From positions 1-64,000 of IMG/VR virus record IMGVR_UViG_3300045391_002864: DNA of 64,000 nucleotides; one strand, written 5' to 3'. Made by a program: the position numbers and the translations under genes. Shown piece after piece: positions 1 through 7,912 of this stretch. The notes beneath the pieces were generated by a model. That model was not told the DNA's origin. It saw only the letters and a program-made list of their open reading frames with translations, and did no database searches. Position 1 is the first letter of the stretch. The number at the start of each line of letters is the position of its first letter. This stretch comes from a virus.

Positions 1-92
1 GAAGATTCGCAGATCATGGTGGATAATTCTGCTGGAATCGCGATTACGTATGGCGACCTATGCCGTGCCAGCGCAGCCCTGGGAGAAACCAA

Positions 93-365
93 ATGAGCAA
101 AGCTGTGTTCACTGCCAAGAAGTCGGCTTCAGACGGAAGTGTTCGAATTTGCGCTGACTTGGCGACGGGCTGGTATGGCCCGCATGTGAAGATACAGGCT
201 TCGGCTACCATCTCAACGGCAGAAGCCCGCGCGCTCGCCGCCGAACTCATAGCTCTATCGGACGCCGCCGACGCCAAGATGGAGAAAAAGAAAGCGACGG
301 ATGCACGGCGGCAGAAGTGGCGAGAGCGTGAAATTGCGGCATGCCGGATGAGGTCATCTCAATGA
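93..365 (+). CDS. hypothetical protein
   Basis: ORF with ATG at 93 preceded by GGAG; convergent on the terminator at 421. Confidence 0.55.
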   Translation: MSKAVFTAKKSASDGSVRICADLATGWYGPHVKIQASATISTAEARALAAELIALSDAADAKMEKKKATDARRQKWREREIAACRMRSSQ

Positions 366-420
366 CTGGGGCGTTCAGGAGATGATTCAATGAACGATCG
401 ATGACGGCCTCTGCACAGTA

Positions 421-448
421 AAAAGCCCCGGATTGATCCGGGGCTTTT
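421..448. terminator. bidirectional intrinsic terminator
   Basis: AAAAGCCCCGGA-TTGA-TCCGGGGCTTTT between convergent ORFs. Confidence 0.85.
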
Positions 449-467
449 GCGTTTCAGGTTAAGCTGC

Positions 468-1556
468 TTAGAGGACCCTTCGGGCTACCCAAAGAAGCCT
501 ACGAATTACCGGGAACCGGATGATTCTCCTCGCCGCGAAGAACAGACTCGGATGCCTGGAGAGCGCCCAGGATGTGAATTTGATCCTACCTTTAGATATA
601 GAAGAGACGCTAGGGTGCCTCGCGACACAGTCCGCGAAGTTAGAAAGGATACTCAAAACCTCCTCGCGATCTTTCGAATCGCTCCTTGCCAGCCGCTGCG
701 CCTCGTCGATGAACATAGGGGCAAATCTCGGCACGAGGCAGTCGCGGAAATAGTAGGTTCCCGTAAAGTCATCATCAGGGAACGCCGCCGAGAGCTTCAT
801 GAAATATGCCCAGCGACTGCGCGACATTTTGATGGACCAGGACGTCGACCCACTGTGTTGGCACCATGCAGTGACGGAAACGGGAGTAAAATGATTCGTG
901 TATCCTGCCACGAACAGCCGGAGAAACAAATCGTCGTCCTCGTAACCCATGAATTGCTCGTCGAATCCGCCAACTGCAAGGAATGCAGAGCGCTTTATCA
1001 ACGATGCTGACGGCAGGATAAAAAGATCGTGCCGGAGCAGGGAAGAGATATGTCCCTGCTTCGGATTTCCTACGGGAACGTCGCGAATCATGTGTGACTG
1101 AAGGATGCGGCCCGGACCATCAGCGGCGCAAAGATCAGCGTAGACAAAACCCAGGCGCGAGTCGCTTTCGGGGAGGGCATTGACCAGATCGCGGATATGA
1201 TCCGGGAAATAGAAATCGTCTTGGTCGAGGAAGCTGATGTACTCTGAAGTTGATGCCTGAACTCCGGTGTTGCGTGCGGACCCTTGCCCACCGTTCAGCT
1301 TGTCAACGATACGAAACGGGTATTTCTCAGCGAGTTTTCCCAGCGCAAGACGTTCTTCCGGATTAGACCCATCGTTGACGATGATAAACTCATCAGGAGA
1401 GATAGTCTGCGCTACGACGCTCTTAATCGCCCGTTCCACCCATCCGGAACCGTTGTAAAACGGGATGATTACCACAACGGTTGGCCTCGCGGGGACCGGA
1501 ATCCTTGTCGCGATCAGTTCTTCTAACGCTAAGTCACTATTAGCCCTGATGTCCAC
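468..1556 (-). CDS. glycosyltransferase family 2
   Basis: VIIPFYN, IIVNDGS, ARNTG, FLDQDD and GGFDE..YEDDD motifs typical of GT2. Confidence 0.9.
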   Translation of the reverse strand: MDIRANSDLALEELIATRIPVPARPTVVVIIPFYNGSGWVERAIKSVVAQTISPDEFIIVNDGSNPEERLALGKLAEKYPFRIVDKLNGGQGSARNTGVQASTSEYISFLDQDDFYFPDHIRDLVNALPESDSRLGFVYADLCAADGPGRILQSHMIRDVPVGNPKQGHISSLLRHDLFILPSASLIKRSAFLAVGGFDEQFMGYEDDDLFLRLFVAGYTNHFTPVSVTAWCQHSGSTSWSIKMSRSRWAYFMKLSAAFPDDDFTGTYYFRDCLVPRFAPMFIDEAQRLARSDSKDREEVLSILSNFADCVARHPSVSSISKGRIKFTSWALSRHPSLFFAARRIIRFPVIRRLLWVARRVL

Positions 1557-1651
1557 TTTATAAAATTCCCTGTTGCCTCGATAGCGGCCTTAGCTTTTAA
1601 ATTACCAGTCGTCAATGAAGTTGTTTGACAAATGTAAGCTAGTGTCAGACA

Positions 1652-1846
1652 ATGATGACCATGAAAGAGCCAAAGCCTAAACGCGAAACAAAGCAGGCGT
1701 CGATCGCTATTCGTACGACTCAGTCCGTTAAGGATAAGGCCGAGGACGCGGCCCTTTCGGAAAACCGCTCGCTCTCACAATGGATCGAGTCGCTGATTCT
1801 TTCAGCTATCAAGAAGAAGCGCCAGACGGCCTTCAGGGAAGATTAG
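1652..1846 (+). CDS. small ribbon-helix-helix (Arc/CopG-like) DNA-binding protein
   Basis: IAIRTT strand followed by ENRSLSQWIESLI helix; TTGACA at 1625 upstream. Confidence 0.6.
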   Translation: MMTMKEPKPKRETKQASIAIRTTQSVKDKAEDAALSENRSLSQWIESLILSAIKKKRQTAFRED

Positions 1847-1923
1847 TGGTCAGGGCGGCCGGGGTCGAACCGGCGACCTCTTGATTCCAAATCAAGCGCG
1901 CTACCAGACTGCGCTACGCCCTG
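1847..1923 (-). tRNA. tRNA-Pro(TGG)
   Basis: Reverse complement folds as a cloverleaf: CAGGGCG/CGCCCTG acceptor stem, CTTGA-TTTGGAA-TCAAG anticodon arm, GTTCGA T-loop, encoded ACCA end. Confidence 0.95.
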
Positions 1924-2120
1924 ACAAACAAAAACAAGCGGCGAAAGCCGCTGTCAGGGTCGTACGGGTCGGGCGAAGTCCAGTTCCATGTCACGGTCAA
2001 TAGCGCTAACTCGGATCGGCCGCAAGAGCATCATCAGACGCCACATTTTTCCTTACTTTCTCTATTGGCTCTATAGACTGACTTTCCATAAAAAGGATTC
2101 TGCGATTTTGTGACGCGCCG

Positions 2121-2315
2121 TCAGGTCCGCTCCTGCTCGGCTAGAAACTCCCGGCAAGCCTGCTGGATCACATCATTTAGAGTTTTGTCCTGCTTGGCCG
2201 CGATCACGCGGAGGCCACGACGCTCCTCGGGCAGCAAATAGATCGTCACCGCACGCTTCCCCTCACGAGAAGGGTAGCGCCGGCCGGGCGTTTTCGGAGC
2301 TAAGGGCTCGACCAT
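2121..2315 (-). CDS. small RHH-type DNA-binding protein
   Basis: REGKRAVTIYL...LRVIAAKQDKTLNDVIQQA, RHH-like pattern. Confidence 0.55.
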   Translation of the reverse strand: MVEPLAPKTPGRRYPSREGKRAVTIYLLPEERRGLRVIAAKQDKTLNDVIQQACREFLAEQERT

Positions 2316-2447
2316 GCGTGCAAATTTCCTAACGAAAAAAGCAGATTCTTCGTTAGCCTAGCTTGCCAAAATGCTGGAAATCCTGCATAACCGTCTGGCG
2401 GTGGAGGGGGCGGATTGGCCGCCCCCGCCGCAGTAAGGGAGCAAAAA

Positions 2448-2516
2448 ATGATGACGTTGAAGATCATCATTTTCGTCCTCCAGGTTCTGGAAGCAGTCTT
2501 TGAACTGCTGAACTGA
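2448..2516 (+). CDS. 22-aa hydrophobic peptide MMTLKIIIFVLQVLEAVFELLN
   Basis: AAGGGAG RBS, flanked by two GC-rich hairpins; below the ORF-track cutoff. Confidence 0.45.
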   Translation: MMTLKIIIFVLQVLEAVFELLN

Positions 2517-2582
2517 CCCGTAGGACAACCCAGCGCCAGGAGCAAACTGGCGCTGGGGCTTCCCGAATATAGGACCGAAGAC

Positions 2583-2822
2583 ATGAAGGCACAAGACTTT
2601 TTGGATTGGACCGAGGCGGCGAGGGTTCGGTTTGCGGCGGATATCTGCCGCCTGATCGGCATAGAGCGAGAGACAGCGCAGCGGTGGCTCAATGCTGCCC
2701 GTGACGGCCAAGACGTCCCTGTGCGCCGTCCCTTCGCTCTAGCAATGGCAGCGGTTGCGGGCGGCCTTGCGCCGTGGGGCGAGCCCCCTGCCCTGCCCTC
2801 TGCTTTGGACGCGGAAAACTGA
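2583..2822 (+). CDS. HTH DNA-binding protein
   Basis: ADICRLIGIERETAQRW HTH pattern; AGGA RBS. Confidence 0.6.
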   Translation: MKAQDFLDWTEAARVRFAADICRLIGIERETAQRWLNAARDGQDVPVRRPFALAMAAVAGGLAPWGEPPALPSALDAEN

Positions 2823-2869
2823 TGGCCCGAGTCGTGTTTTCGTTGCGCGACTCGCTTCTGAGTTATCCA

Positions 2870-3070
2870 CTGTACTTTTGTGTCCGACACATCGTTGCAG
2901 ATGCGGCTATCCACAGAGTCGCCGAGTTATACCGTGTACTTTTGAGACCTCTTTTGTGTACTCTTGTACCCTGAATCGTCTGAAAACCGGGTTATACCGT
3001 GTACTTTTGTATCCCAATCTAATAGAATCTATCTAATACTTTCAAATAGCTTCCGGCTACAAAAGTACAG
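2870..3070. repeat. iteron-like repeats upstream of repA (consensus GTGTACTTTTGTATCC)
   Basis: Direct copies at about 2871, 2934, 2956 and 2999, inverted copy at about 3058, with an AT-rich tract at 3015-3050. Confidence 0.75.
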
Positions 3071-3091
3071 TCTTCCAAAACTCAACTAACC

Positions 3092-4084
3092 ATGCTTGAA
3101 CCGTTTGCGTCATTGGCGCAACGCCAAGATGGTCGGAGCTTGAAGCGCGTGAGCAGAATTCACCAACTGATCTTAGACATCGGCGTTGACGCAGCCAGAA
3201 AGGATGCAGAGAGCAAAGAGGAGCGGAAATGCATCGACATTGCCTCTCACGTCATGGGCGACGAGAGGCAAACGTTTGCCTTCATCCACTCTGGATTTGC
3301 CGTCACTTCCTTGCCGCACCGCGAATTCGTCGATCCCGTGTACGAGAGAGCCGGTGGCCCGAACGGTGAGTTCATTCTGCACGTAGAATCCGGCAAGGGT
3401 CTCGACAAGCTGCCAATTGGCATCCCTTTTGGAGCCCCTGCCCGGCTCCTTCTCATCCACATGGCCTCCGAGGCCAAAAAGAATAACTCGCCCATCATCG
3501 ATATGGGCGCTGGCGTCACCGCGTTTATGCGGCGCATTGGCGTTACTGTAGGCGGCCGGAACGCCGAGTTGTATCGCGAGCAGTTTAAGCGCATCGCGCT
3601 CTGCCGACTGACCTTTTTTGAGAAGTCCGAACGGCACACGACGATCCAGAACGGGTCGTTCATCAAGCGTGCCCGCGTGCTCAATGAGGATTGCGGCGGG
3701 GGTGTGGAGTGGCAGGATACCGTCGAACTGGACGATTCGTTCTACCAGAGCTTCCAGAAGCACCCCCTGCCCTTGCTTGAATCGGCGCTTCACCAGCTTT
3801 CTGGTAGCTCGCTCGCCTTGGATATCTACGTTTTCCTTGCCTACCGGCTCCGCAGCCTGGAGAAACCGACGTTGGTCCCGTGGCCGAGGCTGCACGAGCA
3901 GTTCGGCGCCGGCTACAGCACCTTGAAGGCGTTCAAGGCCCGCTTTGGGGCTCCTCTGTCCCAGGCAATGGCCGCGTATCCGGAGGCAAACGCGGTTCTC
4001 GATACGCGGGGCCTCATGATGCACCCCTCCGATAGCCCCGTCCGCTCGCTGGTCGGCCGGACTGGGCGGCTCCGCATCGCCTAA
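3092..4084 (+). CDS. repA: plasmid replication initiator RepA (RepA_C-like)
   Basis: FIHSGF..SLPH, GIPFGAPARLLL, LALDIYVFLAYRL and W..LHEQFGAGY motifs; flanked by iterons. Confidence 0.85.
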   Translation: MLEPFASLAQRQDGRSLKRVSRIHQLILDIGVDAARKDAESKEERKCIDIASHVMGDERQTFAFIHSGFAVTSLPHREFVDPVYERAGGPNGEFILHVESGKGLDKLPIGIPFGAPARLLLIHMASEAKKNNSPIIDMGAGVTAFMRRIGVTVGGRNAELYREQFKRIALCRLTFFEKSERHTTIQNGSFIKRARVLNEDCGGGVEWQDTVELDDSFYQSFQKHPLPLLESALHQLSGSSLALDIYVFLAYRLRSLEKPTLVPWPRLHEQFGAGYSTLKAFKARFGAPLSQAMAAYPEANAVLDTRGLMMHPSDSPVRSLVGRTGRLRIA

Positions 4085-4087
4085 AAA

Positions 4088-4297
4088 GGATACAAAAGTA
4101 CACAGCCCGTCAGGCTTCGGACGGGCTGTGCTTGATTTTATTTCTTAAGGTTTCTTCGTAACCCATTGATATTACGCTAATGGCTATTGGCCAGAGAGTG
4201 TACTTTTGTATCCGAGTCGGTCTCGGGAGGGTTCGGAGCGTGTATTTTTGTGTCCGAGTCGGGCTAGGGAGGGGCGCGGTGTGTACTTTTGTATCCC
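4088..4297. repeat. iteron-like repeats downstream of repA
   Basis: Inverted GGATACAAAAGTACAC at 4088; direct copies at about 4198, 4239 and 4281, spaced about 41 bp. Confidence 0.75.
4101..4140 (+). terminator. terminator after repA
   Basis: CACAGCCCGTC/GACGGGCTGTG stem followed by a T-rich tract. Confidence 0.65.
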
Positions 4298-4322
4298 TTC
4301 CCTGACCCTAGCTTAGAGCCGG

Positions 4323-4541
4323 CTAGATGTTTTCAGTTCTGTAGGCGCCCACGCCGAAAAATCGGCATGCCTCCTGGCAGCACAGATAGGCTCGGCTCGC
4401 TTTGAAGGTGTGCATGGCCACGCCGGTTTCAGTTTCCAAGACGGTCAGCGTCCAGGCGCGCCCTTCCTGGCGGATTTCCACGGTATCCTGGGCTGGGCTG
4501 TAGGCCCGAATGTAGCCGCGCTCGATACGCTTGAAGTTCAC
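4323..4541 (-). CDS. hypothetical protein
   Basis: ORF downstream in the par operon orientation. Confidence 0.4.
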   Translation of the reverse strand: MNFKRIERGYIRAYSPAQDTVEIRQEGRAWTLTVLETETGVAMHTFKASRAYLCCQEACRFFGVGAYRTENI

Positions 4542-4575
4542 TGCTCGATCTCCGGTACAAAAGAAAAAGGTGGCA

Positions 4576-4827
4576 CTAGGCCCCTCCCCTGTTTAGCGTC
4601 TGCATCTGGAAGCGTTCTCCGGTTGGCTCGAACAAGCGCTCGAATACCGCCGTTTTTATCGTGCCAGCAGCCCGCGCCGCAATCATCGGCATCGGATCAA
4701 GGCACCATGAAACGGTCCCGTCAGTCCAGTCCGCGCAGTGGACTCTAAAGCCATCGCTCTTGCGACGGTAATAGACGGGTCGGTATATGAAATCGACGCC
4801 AGGGACCGGATGTCTCATCGTAGTCAT
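4576..4827 (-). CDS. hypothetical protein
   Basis: ATG overlaps the upstream stop, with a GGAAGGGG RBS. Confidence 0.45.
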   Translation of the reverse strand: MTTMRHPVPGVDFIYRPVYYRRKSDGFRVHCADWTDGTVSWCLDPMPMIAARAAGTIKTAVFERLFEPTGERFQMQTLNRGGA

Positions 4828-5021
4828 GCCCCTTCCCTCCACCTGTGGAACAAGGAGAGGATCGTGTGCGAGAGTGATCGAAGTCGTGCTGAAATGGAGC
4901 GCTGGCGGTCCCACTCAGTGGCCTCTTCGTCACGCTCCTTTATCAAGCGTTTGATATCGTCAGCACTGTCGCCGGGGTGCCAATCATCAGGGCCGTACCA
5001 AGGCTGTGGTCGGCTACTCAT
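4824..5021 (-). CDS. hypothetical protein
   Basis: Start overlaps the stop of the ParA partner gene. Confidence 0.4.
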   Translation of the reverse strand: MSSRPQPWYGPDDWHPGDSADDIKRLIKERDEEATEWDRQRSISARLRSLSHTILSLFHRWREGA

Positions 5022-5418
5022 TGGTTTCACGCCCCTTCTTCCTGATCGCTGCTTCCAGGGCCTCGACCGCTTTTTCAAAGGTCTCTGCTGATTTCCAGCC
5101 ATTGGCCTCGGCTAGCTGGTAGAAGCGCTCCACCATTTGCGGCGTAGTTTTGACGCTCAGAACTTGGTTTCGCCCGGTACGGTAGACCATCGGTCTACGC
5201 TTAGTCTCCGGTTGGCTTTCCGAAGACCTACTGTCAGTCTCCGGTTTACTTTCTGTTGCCAGGGCATCTCCCCGGCTGAACTTGCTCCCAGCCGTCGCCC
5301 GGTCAATGTCCTGGGGCGTCGGAAGGTCTCCGGCGGGCTGGGGCTTAGGCCGGAACGAGGATAGGTCCGGAGTAGCGAACACGCTGGTCCGGGCGGGCTC
5401 TGGCTTTTTACCGTTCAT
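5014..5418 (-). CDS. partition partner protein (type Ib ParB/ParG-like, C-terminal RHH)
   Basis: Directly downstream of parA; YRTGRNQVLSVK...FYQLAEANGW..AETFEKAVEAL C-terminus. Confidence 0.7.
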   Translation of the reverse strand: MNGKKPEPARTSVFATPDLSSFRPKPQPAGDLPTPQDIDRATAGSKFSRGDALATESKPETDSRSSESQPETKRRPMVYRTGRNQVLSVKTTPQMVERFYQLAEANGWKSAETFEKAVEALEAAIRKKGRETNE

Positions 5419-5419
5419 G

Positions 5420-6088
5420 TCAGGCCCCTTCCCTGCCCTTCAGCATCTCGACGACCTCGGAGACGTACGAGCGCGCATTCTGAATGGACGCATCGATGGC
5501 TTTGCTACGCCCGAGTCCTGTCAAAGAGCCGCCGATCGAGAACAGCGAGCGGTACGCTTCTCGATCATGAAGCGCCGTGCTGAAGACAGGGACGCCGTTC
5601 TGAACAAACTCGGCCTCGATGCTTTTCAGCGTGCCGCCGCGCACAGCGGGGCTCGTACGAGTGAAGAGGATTGCCGCCGGAATGGAGATGCGGAACGCCC
5701 GCTCCTGCTGTTTGATCTCTTGCAGCGCGGCGACGGCCTCCACGGCGTCGAGGGCTGACCCTTGCGTGGGGATGATGACGAGGTCGGCCCGGCTCATGGC
5801 GTACGTCACGATGCGCGACGCAGTGCCCTCCAAGTCGACTAGAACGAAGGGGGTCTGTGACGCCTCCTCTTCGATGATGCCGACGATGTTACGCTCTGTT
5901 GCGTCGCCGACGACCTTCACGGCGTCAGGCTTGTTGGGAAGCGCTGCCCAGCGAACAACGTGTTTGTTAGGGTCGGCGTCTAATACGGTGACGCTCGTTC
6001 CCATGGCCGCGAGTTCCGTCGCTAGAATGACGGCAGCAGTCGTTTTTCCGGCGCCGCCCTTCGGGGAGGCAAACACGATAGTTGGCAT
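5420..6088 (-). CDS. parA: ParA partition ATPase (short type Ib)
   Basis: Deviant Walker A KGGAGKTT, DADPN, VLVDLEG. Confidence 0.92.
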   Translation of the reverse strand: MPTIVFASPKGGAGKTTAAVILATELAAMGTSVTVLDADPNKHVVRWAALPNKPDAVKVVGDATERNIVGIIEEEASQTPFVLVDLEGTASRIVTYAMSRADLVIIPTQGSALDAVEAVAALQEIKQQERAFRISIPAAILFTRTSPAVRGGTLKSIEAEFVQNGVPVFSTALHDREAYRSLFSIGGSLTGLGRSKAIDASIQNARSYVSEVVEMLKGREGA

Positions 6089-6128
6089 AGTTCCATCCTT
6101 TTCAACTGTCTCGTCTGATAGACGGTTT

Positions 6129-6260
6129 ACAGAAGACTAGCGGAAGGTCAACAGAAGATTGACAGAAAATCAACCGTAGACTTACGGACGACTGACTGAA
6201 GACCTACGGTAGACCTACAGTCGACTAACTGAAGGTCAACCGGAAACTGACAGAAGACCT
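6129..6260. repeat. 12 tandem degenerate 11-bp repeats (ACnGAAGACyn), putative centromere/par operator
   Basis: Exact 11-bp periodicity immediately upstream of parA. Confidence 0.75.
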
Positions 6261-6286
6261 ACTAATAGTAGACTGTCGGCCTTCCG

Positions 6287-7912
6287 TCAGTTGGTTCCGG
6301 TGGCAGTGAAGCCTGAACTGATCTGGCCGAGCAGTGCCTGAATATTCGAGCTTGGCCCGAAGAACTGAACTCCGGTCCTCGTATTGTCGACGGCATAATA
6401 GGACGGCTGCGAGGCGTCGCGGACGAGCTTGCCTGATAGCGCCGCTTGCAGGAGGGCCGGGCTCTCATAGACAGCGGTCGGCAGGCCGCGCGTCAGCGTC
6501 AGGACTGTCGTGGAGTCCCCGCCGAAATCGTAGTTGTGCTGCACGCCCTGGATATAGAAGTCCCACGTCTGCCCAGCCTTCTCAGGTGTAAAGCGGAACC
6601 TGAAGCCCGGTAGGATGTCGGGCCGCAGGGGCATAGTTACGGTCGTGCTCGCCATAATCGCCAGCGGGCCGTACGTGCTGACAATGCGGGCGGCCAGCGT
6701 CGGCGCCAGCTGGCTAAAGTCGGTGTTCGCGTTCTGCGCGTTCTGCCCGGTCGAGTCGCCTATCCATAGCGTCGGTAGGATCGCCGGCCGGTAGCCGTAC
6801 TCGTTGATCGAGGTGACATCGAGCGCCGAGTTCGCGGTGAACAGGTACGAGTTGATGAGGCTGTTCGAGGAGCCGAATAGCGTCCCGAACATCGTTGGAT
6901 TCGCAGCGAAATAGTTCGCGGTCTCGCCTATGCCGAACGAGAGGGCAGTCTGGCGCGGCGACATCTCGATCGGTGTGTAGATCGTGAGCGCGTTCCAGGC
7001 TGTCGAGTTGACGCCGGTAATGGTCGTGCCGCTCACGGTCAGGACAGGCGTCGGGTTGACGCGGGCAACCGCCATCGGGCCGGAGCCGGGCGCCGTCTGT
7101 AAGGTCCGCATCAGGAACTCGTAGCCGCCAGTCTGCGGCCCGTACGAGCCGCCGGGCGCGGTCGTCACGAAAAACTCATACCAAGGGGAGGGGAAAATGT
7201 TCTCGAATTTTCCCATCCAGTTACCCTCGGTCGTCACGTAGTCGGAGTCGAACTGGATATAGGCATCGGTGTACTCGGCGAACGAATAGCCAATCGTGCT
7301 TCCGAGCTTCATTTTCTGCCCGTTGCCGTAGACGATATTGACGTTTTGCAGGAGCCCGTTGGTGCCGAACATGACGCCCGTGAAAAAGTTCGTCCCGATC
7401 TGCTGCGGCGTGCCCGACAGATAGCCGCTCTGGAGGTACGTGATCGATGCCGCCGGGCCGAGACCTATGCTCTCGCCGATTACACTACCGGCCGTCTGCC
7501 CGAGGAAGCCTAGCGTGAAATAGTTGAACGTGGTGAAGAAGTAGCTGAAATCGGTCCCCTGGACGACGGTCTGACGCACGACGCGATCGGCCTGCCACAC
7601 CTCCACCTCGTCGATCTGCGTCACGAGCCCGGCCATCACAATGTCGCTGTTAGTCAGGCGCTGCATACCAATCAGAACAAGCGACATCGGCTTGAAGACC
7701 TGCGCCCACGTCGGCAGCAGGTTTGGCCCATTCGGGCCGCCCGGCGGGAGAGTGATCTGGAACGTGCCGCTGTTCGGGTCCGAGATATCCTTCGCTGTCG
7801 TCGCGGAGACGATCTGCGCGCCGCTGAAACTGAAGAACGCCGGATTCGATGCGATGTTCGAGTAGATTTCGACGGTGCAGCGCGGCATCGCCGTAAACAG
7901 ACTGCCGCTCAT
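6287..7912 (-). CDS. baseplate hub-like tail protein
   Basis: Follows the tape measure; C-terminal FYIQGVQHNYDFGG..TVLTLTRG typical of hub/gpD-like proteins. Confidence 0.65.
   Translation of the reverse strand: MSGSLFTAMPRCTVEIYSNIASNPAFFSFSGAQIVSATTAKDISDPNSGTFQITLPPGGPNGPNLLPTWAQVFKPMSLVLIGMQRLTNSDIVMAGLVTQIDEVEVWQADRVVRQTVVQGTDFSYFFTTFNYFTLGFLGQTAGSVIGESIGLGPAASITYLQSGYLSGTPQQIGTNFFTGVMFGTNGLLQNVNIVYGNGQKMKLGSTIGYSFAEYTDAYIQFDSDYVTTEGNWMGKFENIFPSPWYEFFVTTAPGGSYGPQTGGYEFLMRTLQTAPGSGPMAVARVNPTPVLTVSGTTITGVNSTAWNALTIYTPIEMSPRQTALSFGIGETANYFAANPTMFGTLFGSSNSLINSYLFTANSALDVTSINEYGYRPAILPTLWIGDSTGQNAQNANTDFSQLAPTLAARIVSTYGPLAIMASTTVTMPLRPDILPGFRFRFTPEKAGQTWDFYIQGVQHNYDFGGDSTTVLTLTRGLPTAVYESPALLQAALSGKLVRDASQPSYYAVDNTRTGVQFFGPSSNIQALLGQISSGFTATGTN

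Noticed and set aside
1847-1923. tRNA as prophage attachment site
   Set aside because: No duplicated 3' end and no integrase in the window; more likely a phage-carried tRNA, though sequence outside the window is unknown
4198-4297. Mini CRISPR array
   Set aside because: Repeats are short, match the iterons upstream of repA, have mutually similar G-rich spacers, and no cas genes are present
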